DNA from: an uncultured virus (IMG/VR IMGVR_UViG_3300042304_001388)
Lineage: Duplodnaviria > Heunggongvirae > Uroviricota > Caudoviricetes
Reading direction: 5' to 3' (one strand)
IMG/VR virus record: IMGVR_UViG_3300042304_001388
Length of the DNA: 64,000 bases
The position numbers and the translations under genes were made by a program. Positions within the stretch are counted from its first letter, which is position 1, and every line of letters starts with the position of its first letter. Below, piece by piece: positions 56,514-64,000 of this stretch. The notes under the pieces are model-generated. The model worked only from the letters and a program-made list of their open reading frames with translations, made no database searches and was not told where the DNA came from.

Positions 56514-56732
56514 TTAATATGTACCTGAACCTGATAAACCACCGAAAGATGCTCCTTCAGCACTTTCAGATCCACTTGGGATACTAGCAATTCCTGAATA
56601 TGACCTATTACGACCAACACCTAAAGTTGAATTTAGACCTACTTGTACTTCACCGGATGTTGCTGCTAATCCTAAAACTACACTAATTCTTCCCATACTT
56701 ACTTCGGTTCCCGTTGCTGGTACTGTACCCAT
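56514..56732 (-). CDS. small Gly/Ser-rich protein, putative fibre-associated
   Basis: Follows the fibre gene; TATTTAT at 56763-56769. Confidence 0.55.
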   Translation of the reverse strand: MGTVPATGTEVSMGRISVVLGLAATSGEVQVGLNSTLGVGRNRSYSGIASIPSGSESAEGASFGGLSGSGTY

Positions 56733-56765
56733 GATATATTTCTTTTAACTAAGTTCTTTGTTATA

Positions 56766-56802
56766 AATACTCACTATACTTTTTTAGAATATAGTGAGTA
56801 TT
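56766..56802. terminator. inverted repeat after the fibre gene, overlapping the TATTTAT motif
   Basis: AATACTCACTATA...TATAGTGAGTATT. Confidence 0.5.
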
Positions 56803-56813
56803 GTTTAATGTAA

Positions 56814-58271
56814 TTATTTTATTTTCGCTTCTAAAGCTTCAACACGATTTAATAATTCTTTGTTTGTTTGAATTAACAATGCAACTAATTTTTCGTATTT
56901 AACAGCCATATAACCGTTGTCTCTTGTTGTTACAATTTCAGGTAAAACTGCGTCAATTTCTTGTGCAATAACCCCTATATCGTGACCTTCGTTCTCATGA
57001 ACACCTGGCATTTCCTTCCAATCGAAGTAATAACCATTTATTTGTTTTAAGATATCTAAAGAATTTTCAATTGGTGTGATGTTTTCTTTTAGTCTTTCAT
57101 CAGAACCGTAGAATGCAATAACGTCATTTGTTGCTCTAATTAAACCTGTGGTTGTTGGTGTTGATGTACCCACACCTAACGCTCCTGCCACATATAGTGT
57201 TGTTCCGTTAAATGTTAAATTTGCTTCACTATTTAGGGTAACTCCACCCGCACTTGTCATTACACGGTCATCACTTGCGTTTGTAATTGTTGTTGTACCA
57301 GAAGAACCTGAAGAACCGTTAGATCCTGAAGAACCTGAAGTTCCTGAAGAACCGTTAGCTCCTGAAGAACCTGATGTTCCTGAAGAACCACTAGATCCTG
57401 ATGTTCCTGAAGAACCGTTAGATCCACTAGAACCTGAAGAACCGTTAGATCCACTAGAACCTGAAGTTCCTGAAGATCCACTAGATCCTGAAGAACCTGA
57501 AGTTCCTGAAGAACCGTTAGATCCACTAGATCCTGATGTTCCTGAAGAACCTGAAGAACCGTTAGATCCTGAAGAACCTGAAGTTCCTGAAGAACCGTTA
57601 GATCCACTAGATCCTGATGTTCCTGAAGAACCTGAAGAACCGTTAGATCCTGAAGAACCTGAAGTTCCTGATGAACCGTTAGATCCACTAGAACCAGAAG
57701 AACCTGAAGTTCCTGATGAAGCGGCAGTATATGATGTTCCATTAATGAATAATGAACCAGTCACAACCATACTACCACTAACAGCCAAACTACCTGTGAT
57801 AGATTGACTACCTGTAATATTTTGACTACCTACTATCGTACTTTGACTTGTTCCTATAGAACCTGTTGGAGGAAGTGCAAGACCTACTGCGGCCAAACTT
57901 GCTGAAGTTTGTACAACTTGAGCACCTACTTGTATTGTACCATCAGAGTTTGTACTGATAGCTTTAATTCCACCAATAAAGATAGATCCTGTTGATACGT
58001 AGATGTCCTTCCACCAATGTGTTGGGTCACCCAAATCGTAAGTATTAGTAACGGCAGGGATTATTGATCCACTAATTGTTTGGTTAGCGTTAAATGTGTT
58101 ACTACCTGTGGTTGCAAAACGAGCGGAACCTGTTGTGTTTAGGGCCGAAGCGTTTGATGTTGTACCACTAATGGTTGCATTTATTGTTCCGTCTACGGTA
58201 AGATCTCCAAAAAAACGAGCCGAGCCCGATACATTTAGTGATCCAGAGACATTTGCGTCAAATATTTTCAT
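56814..58271 (-). CDS. tail-fibre-like protein with Ser/Gly repeat and C-terminal intramolecular chaperone (peptidase S74-type)
   Basis: SGSLxVSGS repeats, long SGTSGSSGSNGS tract, SDERLKENI...GVIAQE...VKYEKLVALLI + coiled coil. Confidence 0.85.
   Translation of the reverse strand: MKIFDANVSGSLNVSGSARFFGDLTVDGTINATISGTTSNASALNTTGSARFATTGSNTFNANQTISGSIIPAVTNTYDLGDPTHWWKDIYVSTGSIFIGGIKAISTNSDGTIQVGAQVVQTSASLAAVGLALPPTGSIGTSQSTIVGSQNITGSQSITGSLAVSGSMVVTGSLFINGTSYTAASSGTSGSSGSSGSNGSSGTSGSSGSNGSSGSSGTSGSSGSNGSSGTSGSSGSNGSSGSSGTSGSSGSNGSSGTSGSSGSSGSSGTSGSSGSNGSSGSSGSNGSSGTSGSSGSSGTSGSSGANGSSGTSGSSGSNGSSGSSGTTTITNASDDRVMTSAGGVTLNSEANLTFNGTTLYVAGALGVGTSTPTTTGLIRATNDVIAFYGSDERLKENITPIENSLDILKQINGYYFDWKEMPGVHENEGHDIGVIAQEIDAVLPEIVTTRDNGYMAVKYEKLVALLIQTNKELLNRVEALEAKIK
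57296..57720 (-). repeat. 9-bp-unit coding repeat (S-G-x) with an exact 81-bp tandem duplication
   Basis: gttcctgaa/gaacctgaa/gaaccgtta units; 57502-57582 repeated at 57583-57663. Confidence 0.85.
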
Positions 58272-58331
58272 AGGTTATATTGTTATACCCTTATAAATAC
58301 TTTGAACTTTCAAATTGTATAAAAAATATGT

Positions 58332-60461
58332 TTAAATTGGTAGAAGTTTTTCGAGTTTTTCTATAACTTCTCCTCCTGTGATAGTTTTTGAACATTCAAA
58401 CTGATTTTCTGTCTTCTCATGAATGGGACACCAATTCCAATTACCTGGATCAAATTCATGGTTAGACCAACAACTATTACATACATTTTTATTGATTACC
58501 CTTGTTACACCGTCTAATGGTTCTAAATCTACGTCAGTAAAACCTGAAATAATTACTGTAGGGGTTCCTGACGCCCAAGATAACCAACTTAATCCACTGC
58601 TTATACCTATAAATAATTCAGACTCTTGTAAAACTTTTATGATATCGGTCAGTTTACTCTTAGGTTGTACCGTAATTCCTTTAGGATGTTTGTTACCCAT
58701 GTAACCATCTTCCTCACGAGATAAGAGTCTAACTTCATAATTCTTAGCTTTAAGATAATCTACCACCTCCTGCCAACCAGTCGGGTTATTCCAATATTTA
58801 CATTGAGCTGTTGAATGAATAGCAATTGAAACCAATTTTTTCTTCTTCTTACCTAATTTCTTTAATTTAGGTTTAAGTTCCAAATAATCTAATCCAAGAA
58901 TGTCGGACGCCACTTTCATTAATGGTTCCCTTTTAGGATCGTTGTAATGTTTTGTGTTATCAATTTTACGATCATTGGTATAAAATAAACCTAAACGATA
59001 CAACGCATGTATATTATTTACATTTGATCCAGGTAAAACGAACTCAATATCGGGATACTGATCTTTGAATAGATCGTTATTGAATGATGAACAAATTACT
59101 TTACATTTATTATCTGTTCTAAATTTCTCAACATATGGTATCCAAGCCAAACTATCTCCTAATGATTTAGATTCAAAACATATCATTACTCTTTTATCCG
59201 TTAAATCAAAATTATACTCTTGGTAGAAATTATTATCAACGCCTTTAATTTTAATTAACCAATCTACATAGTATTTTTTAGACGACCTAACCCAATGATT
59301 ACTCTTTAAATTAAACTCAAATTCTAATTTACCATTTTTCTTATCTATAAATTTAACATTATAAAGATAATCACCTTCTTCTAATACCTCAACAAATGGA
59401 CCATCAACAAAATGTATGTTAGTTCTTCTATTTGTGTTAACATTATTTCTTGATAGTTTATTCTTTCTTCTAAACTCATTCATTTCATCTTTAAGTTCCT
59501 GTGTGAATATTTCCAATCCTTGATGACGTACTTCAACTACTTCATTTTGTTTATATTCACCGAGTCTTTCTAATTTGTATTCACCCTTTTTAACTGTATG
59601 GAATTTTTTATATGTTCCATAGTTAACTTCAATTAAATAATCCTTATCGGCTGGTTGTTCTGAAAATCCGGATATAAAATGAATAAACAATTGTCCCGCA
59701 TCATCAACACCTAAATAAGTTTGTAAACGTGCACCATTTTTTAATATACCATTTCTGTTCCATACCGCAAACATATTAAGTTCATTATCATTAGGGATAT
59801 ACTTACTAACAAATATACTATTGGTAACCTTCTTAATTGATTGGTATAATTGTTTTTCTAATTGCCATCTATCGGGTTTACCCTTGAAGTATTCTTCTTT
59901 ACTATTAATAAGACTAATCATCTTTAACGCAACATCGGTCTTAATTGAAAAGATATAAGCTGAACTATATGGATTACTTTCTTTTGTTGATCCTTCTGAA
60001 TACTCGTAAACCACGGCATCATTACTTCTAATATATTCCATAAATGCTTGACGATACTGAATTTCATCTGGTAAGTTATCATACTCTAAGAAATGAATAT
60101 ATTGTTTACCTAATTGTTTAACAAGATTGAAAGCATTTTTCATTGTCAACCAAATTGCATAGTCGTGATGAAAATCTATTTTATTAGTTATCTTATATGA
60201 ACCCATATCGGTCCATCTATCACTATTAATACCATACTCAGCAAAATCCTTTTCTAATAATATGTCGTTATTACCATCATATAGATAGTAATCTGCTAAC
60301 ACTTGTATCTCAGGTGAAACTGCATAATGTCCACATAATATAATGGGACAGTTATAAACCTTTAAACTTATAAGTAATTTCTTTAAAACATTTTCTTTAT
60401 CTTTATTATCAGGCCAGCAGTCAACTACAAAAACATCATCATTAAATTGTGTATATCCCAT
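58332..60461 (-). CDS. Aah/TibC-like autotransporter O-heptosyltransferase fused to an N-terminal GT-like domain
   Basis: SLGDSLAWIPY, STAQCKYWNNPTGW, FIGISSGLSWLSW, CNSCW...WCP...FECSKTI iron-finger cysteines. Confidence 0.8.
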   Translation of the reverse strand: MGYTQFNDDVFVVDCWPDNKDKENVLKKLLISLKVYNCPIILCGHYAVSPEIQVLADYYLYDGNNDILLEKDFAEYGINSDRWTDMGSYKITNKIDFHHDYAIWLTMKNAFNLVKQLGKQYIHFLEYDNLPDEIQYRQAFMEYIRSNDAVVYEYSEGSTKESNPYSSAYIFSIKTDVALKMISLINSKEEYFKGKPDRWQLEKQLYQSIKKVTNSIFVSKYIPNDNELNMFAVWNRNGILKNGARLQTYLGVDDAGQLFIHFISGFSEQPADKDYLIEVNYGTYKKFHTVKKGEYKLERLGEYKQNEVVEVRHQGLEIFTQELKDEMNEFRRKNKLSRNNVNTNRRTNIHFVDGPFVEVLEEGDYLYNVKFIDKKNGKLEFEFNLKSNHWVRSSKKYYVDWLIKIKGVDNNFYQEYNFDLTDKRVMICFESKSLGDSLAWIPYVEKFRTDNKCKVICSSFNNDLFKDQYPDIEFVLPGSNVNNIHALYRLGLFYTNDRKIDNTKHYNDPKREPLMKVASDILGLDYLELKPKLKKLGKKKKKLVSIAIHSTAQCKYWNNPTGWQEVVDYLKAKNYEVRLLSREEDGYMGNKHPKGITVQPKSKLTDIIKVLQESELFIGISSGLSWLSWASGTPTVIISGFTDVDLEPLDGVTRVINKNVCNSCWSNHEFDPGNWNWCPIHEKTENQFECSKTITGGEVIEKLEKLLPI

Positions 60462-61123
60462 TATCTTTTTCTTATTAAAATTATTCCATTAAGGAAGGTT
60501 ATTGATTCTATATCAGTTCTACAATCAGGTTGTACTTTATTTGAATATGGTATTAGTTTATCTTCTCGTCGATCCCATACTGCGGCTTGATCATCTAAGT
60601 TCTCAACACCTCTAAAGTTAATATCATCCGTTAATTTCTTGAAGTATTCCATCATACTCTTAGGGTCATTTAAACCTCCACCGTACCAAGGGAAATAGGA
60701 TGTTGCAACATCTTCAACAATGTACATGCCACCCGATTTAACGTATTGAAATAGTGTTTTAAATGAATAAATAACATGTTCATTCAAATGTGATCCGTCA
60801 TCTAATATAAAATCAAATGGACCATATTCATTTGAAATTTGATTTAAAAACTTATCATCATCTTGTGAACCTATTTCAACAAAAATTCTATCTTCCTCAT
60901 ATTTTTTACAATCAGGATTGATGTCAATACCTAAAATATTAGAACGATAATAATAATCCTTCCAAGTTAATAGTGATTTACCATCTAAGACACCAATCTC
61001 CAATATGTTTAATTTATCATATCTGTTAAATGGTAAATACTTTTCATATTTAACACAATAATTGTGATTGTCGGAAGACTTATCAGTTCCGTATACTTTA
61101 GCCAAATTATCTAATGTACTCAT
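60461..61123 (-). CDS. class I SAM methyltransferase (sugar O-methyltransferase-like)
   Basis: YGTDK, LEIGV, FILDDGSH, GGMYIVED. Confidence 0.85.
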   Translation of the reverse strand: MSTLDNLAKVYGTDKSSDNHNYCVKYEKYLPFNRYDKLNILEIGVLDGKSLLTWKDYYYRSNILGIDINPDCKKYEEDRIFVEIGSQDDDKFLNQISNEYGPFDFILDDGSHLNEHVIYSFKTLFQYVKSGGMYIVEDVATSYFPWYGGGLNDPKSMMEYFKKLTDDINFRGVENLDDQAAVWDRREDKLIPYSNKVQPDCRTDIESITFLNGIILIRKR

Positions 61124-63855
61124 TTCCAAAAATATATCATTTGTAAACTGTTATTATTACCCATAAATAATAGATATGAATTGAATCCTAATCCATTCAT
61201 TTTATTTATAAAATTTGTTCTTAATTCATCATCAAAATCAAAATGACTATGATGATATTCCATTGCTATGGTTTTAACTTTTTGTAAGTTCTCATCACTG
61301 ATACCCGCAAATGCTGCATGTTCTGCTCCTTCAATATCGACCTTAAGGAAATCAATATGATCCACCAAACCACTTTCAAAAAGATAGTTTAATGTATATG
61401 TTTTAACACTATATCCTTCCTGACCTTCAATACCAAAAACATTTGATCCTCCTAAGTGAGTACTCTCATATAAATTCAATTCTCCAATTTCATGTGCAGC
61501 AGCCGCATTAAATAATATTGAACGTGGGTCAGCATTAAGTGACAGTAATTTAAAATATCGTCTATCTGGTTCAAATGAAATTACTTTACTTGCACCTTGA
61601 CTATACGCCCATCTATTAAAGATACCCATATTACCTCCCAAGTCAACAACAATATCACCTTCATTTATTCTTCTTTCATTACCACCCTTATAATAATCAT
61701 GTAAATTGAATATCTCATGATAGATTGCTCTTGCCCATCCATATTTGTCCGCAATTTCTATTGTTCCACCCTCAACATCTTTGATGTCACCTAAGTTCTC
61801 TAACTTATATGTATTAACATCTAATGATGTATAAAATTGTTCTGATTTATAAAAACTATTATCACGTTTCATCTTAATGAAGTCCATCATAAAATCGGAC
61901 ATCTGTGCATTCTTATTACCGTGGAAATAAAGAATTTGATTCTTATCTTTTGGTATTGCTTGGTACCCAAATATTCTATTGAAGTTTTGTGGTCCTTCTT
62001 CATTCCAAAACTTTAAGAAATGATGTTGTGTTTCATTTGTCATTCCATCATCTCCGTCGTAAGATGATGTGTCAAAATTAGATAGTGGTAAATGTTTTTT
62101 AAAATTATATTTCCATCTCATTGCATTATCAATACCCTCATCGTTCCATAGGTATAGTCGTTTGTAATCTTTACCTCCATCTTTCATTACTTCCACATAA
62201 TGATTAAGGATCTCTTCAAACCACCATTTACATTCTTTATTATAGACATACATACAAACATGCATATAAGGTTGTTGTTTTTGAACTCCCCATTCTTTTG
62301 CAACTTGTTCGTTGAATAGTTGTGAATTTTTTCCATCATCATACCAACCAAAGAATTCTTCCTGAACATGTACATCAGATATTGGATAGTTCTCAATCTC
62401 TTTGAAATAAGATTTAATATTATCTACGTTGTAGTTTACGACAACATCACCATCCATCCAAACGTAATTATCAAATCCTTCATTAATAGATTCAATACAT
62501 GCCATTTGTTTCCAATACCATTTATCGTGTTCAGATATCTTTGGTGTTGTTATCGTTCTTTTGATAATATTTGGATAGTCAAATGGAACCTCACAATCAA
62601 TACCATATACTATAATCTTACGTTTAGAAAATTCTAATAATGATTGAACTAACTTTTCAATAACCGGCATGTATCCGATATTACCAGTTGTGATGAAAGC
62701 AAAGTCATCAAATTTATTTTCAAGTATATCTGAAGCACCCTTTGCAACAGTACTCCAATTAAACTCTTCATGTATTTCTTTTGATTCAGCCACAGCAAAT
62801 GATTTATGTCGTTTATATTCGTTAAATGCACTTAACATTTGTTCTCCCAAATTATTCCAATCAGGTTCACAATATTCACCAGGGAAATCTTTATGTTCCA
62901 CATTAGCAGGTCTTAATCCATCTATCTTTACAGGAATACCTTTACCTTCCGCAAACTGTAATTGACCTCCCCAATCTGAGTAAATTGACGGTGTTCCACA
63001 AGCCATAGCTTCAATCAACGGTAAGTTCCATCCTTCACTACGTGCACATGTAACAAACACATCACCCTCTTGCAAATATTTTACATATTCTTCCTGTGGT
63101 GTGAATTTTATAAATTTAATGTTCGTTGTGTCTATATTGTGATGTTTAACCCTATCTTCAGTTGTTTTAAGTCCGTCAAATGGATAAGGGTTTTCAACTG
63201 ATGCAATTAACTCCACATCATCCCTATCTTTAAATGTCTTACTAAACGCACTTAAAACCTCTGTAGTTCCCTTTCTATAATCCCATCTACCAAAATGTAA
63301 GAACCTAAATTTGTCCTTCTTTGATGTCTTAGTTAACGGTTTAAATGTATCTACATCAACTCCCTCAGGAACTATTGATATTTTATGTGATGGATAACCC
63401 TGTTCAACCAAACAATCAAATTGCCATTGTGTTGGAACCCATACCTCGTCAAAGTAATGTAATCTTTTAAAGAAATTATCGGGATAACGTGTTGATTCCC
63501 AAACATTATAAGCTATTTTATAACCATCATAGTCATCATAAAAATAACGATTGTTAGTATCAACCAAAACAATATGAACGTCAGGTTTATAACCACCATC
63601 ATATCCATAGATTGGGTAATCCGACCTACTACCATCCGAATTATTAAGAGTTTGAAGAATTAACATATCCTTCATCTCATCTGTAATATAAGGTTCATTA
63701 TCGTGTGGGGTATCATTCATACCCTTCCAACCCCCACCTATAGTGGAGTTTCTAACCTTTACTGTGTGGTATTTGTTCAGAGCACAAAAAAAGGACTTTG
63801 CGTGGTTAGCATATCCTGTTACTCCAATAAAACATGTATGTACAAGTATTTTCAT
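61120..63855 (-). CDS. multidomain GT4 glycosyltransferase + GT-A-like domain + FkbM methyltransferase
   Basis: GRWDYRKG, SEGWNLPLIEAMACG; WMDGD; VVDLGGNMG...FEP...LKVDIEGAE. Confidence 0.85.
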   Translation of the reverse strand: MKILVHTCFIGVTGYANHAKSFFCALNKYHTVKVRNSTIGGGWKGMNDTPHDNEPYITDEMKDMLILQTLNNSDGSRSDYPIYGYDGGYKPDVHIVLVDTNNRYFYDDYDGYKIAYNVWESTRYPDNFFKRLHYFDEVWVPTQWQFDCLVEQGYPSHKISIVPEGVDVDTFKPLTKTSKKDKFRFLHFGRWDYRKGTTEVLSAFSKTFKDRDDVELIASVENPYPFDGLKTTEDRVKHHNIDTTNIKFIKFTPQEEYVKYLQEGDVFVTCARSEGWNLPLIEAMACGTPSIYSDWGGQLQFAEGKGIPVKIDGLRPANVEHKDFPGEYCEPDWNNLGEQMLSAFNEYKRHKSFAVAESKEIHEEFNWSTVAKGASDILENKFDDFAFITTGNIGYMPVIEKLVQSLLEFSKRKIIVYGIDCEVPFDYPNIIKRTITTPKISEHDKWYWKQMACIESINEGFDNYVWMDGDVVVNYNVDNIKSYFKEIENYPISDVHVQEEFFGWYDDGKNSQLFNEQVAKEWGVQKQQPYMHVCMYVYNKECKWWFEEILNHYVEVMKDGGKDYKRLYLWNDEGIDNAMRWKYNFKKHLPLSNFDTSSYDGDDGMTNETQHHFLKFWNEEGPQNFNRIFGYQAIPKDKNQILYFHGNKNAQMSDFMMDFIKMKRDNSFYKSEQFYTSLDVNTYKLENLGDIKDVEGGTIEIADKYGWARAIYHEIFNLHDYYKGGNERRINEGDIVVDLGGNMGIFNRWAYSQGASKVISFEPDRRYFKLLSLNADPRSILFNAAAAHEIGELNLYESTHLGGSNVFGIEGQEGYSVKTYTLNYLFESGLVDHIDFLKVDIEGAEHAAFAGISDENLQKVKTIAMEYHHSHFDFDDELRTNFINKMNGLGFNSYLLFMGNNNSLQMIYFWK

Positions 63856-64000
63856 TAATGATAATATAATGAAAATATGTGAAAAATCAAATCAAATTTT
63901 GTTTATTTTTTGGTAAATAATTTATATAACTTGGGAAATTTTTTGATATAAAATCATGTAGTTTATTTGCATAGGTCTTATTATGGTTAGGCCCTGGATG

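Noticed and set aside
57148..57807. Pro/Glu-rich plus-strand ORF and the alternative-frame ORF 57260..57742
   Set aside because: Shadows of the Ser/Gly repeat in the fibre gene.
3958..62965. Many short antisense or nested ORFs in the track (e.g. 3958, 5640, 9095, 10503, 23707, 28961, 32464, 37239, 62669)
   Set aside because: They lie within better-supported genes and lack motifs or promoter signals.
1..64000. Stop-codon reassignment as in some large phages
   Set aside because: Known enzymes are full length under code 11, coding density is high, and TAG and TGA both act as stops.
1..64000. tRNA, rRNA, integrase, transposase, reverse transcriptase/DGR
   Set aside because: None recognised by eye; a covariance-model scan would be needed to exclude small RNAs.

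Overview
AT-rich, gene-dense 64 kb segment that reads as part of a large T4-superfamily-like (jumbo) phage genome. The host is probably a Bacteroidota member, because TAnnTTTG promoter elements recur just upstream of start codons. No core replication or packaging genes, tRNAs, rRNAs or CRISPR arrays were recognised. Contents: (1) more than 20 small, mostly unrelated ORFs sharing a short N-terminal M-x(1-4)-F-K-F-[FL] tag. The same tag sits at the C-terminus of two proteins whose N-terminus is a transmembrane helix. Tagged cargos include Rmf-like domains and fragments of a gp23-type major capsid protein. (2) A 10-copy family of ~110-aa domains in five genes behind a TATTTAT motif, separated by [LIV]-x-E putative prohead-protease sites. 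(3) Two large glycan synthesis/modification clusters (about 14.9-21.7 kb and 45.3-63.9 kb), including an Aah/TibC-like heptosyltransferase next to a Ser/Gly-repeat tail fibre. (4) Auxiliary genes: IscU, IscA, ferredoxin, RmlC, cyclophilin, LpxH-like, a stand-alone DnaA DNA-binding domain, two DNA methyltransferases (one beside a putative endonuclease), PcfJ-like proteins and a peptidoglycan hydrolase. All family calls come from motif recognition by eye; no database search was run.
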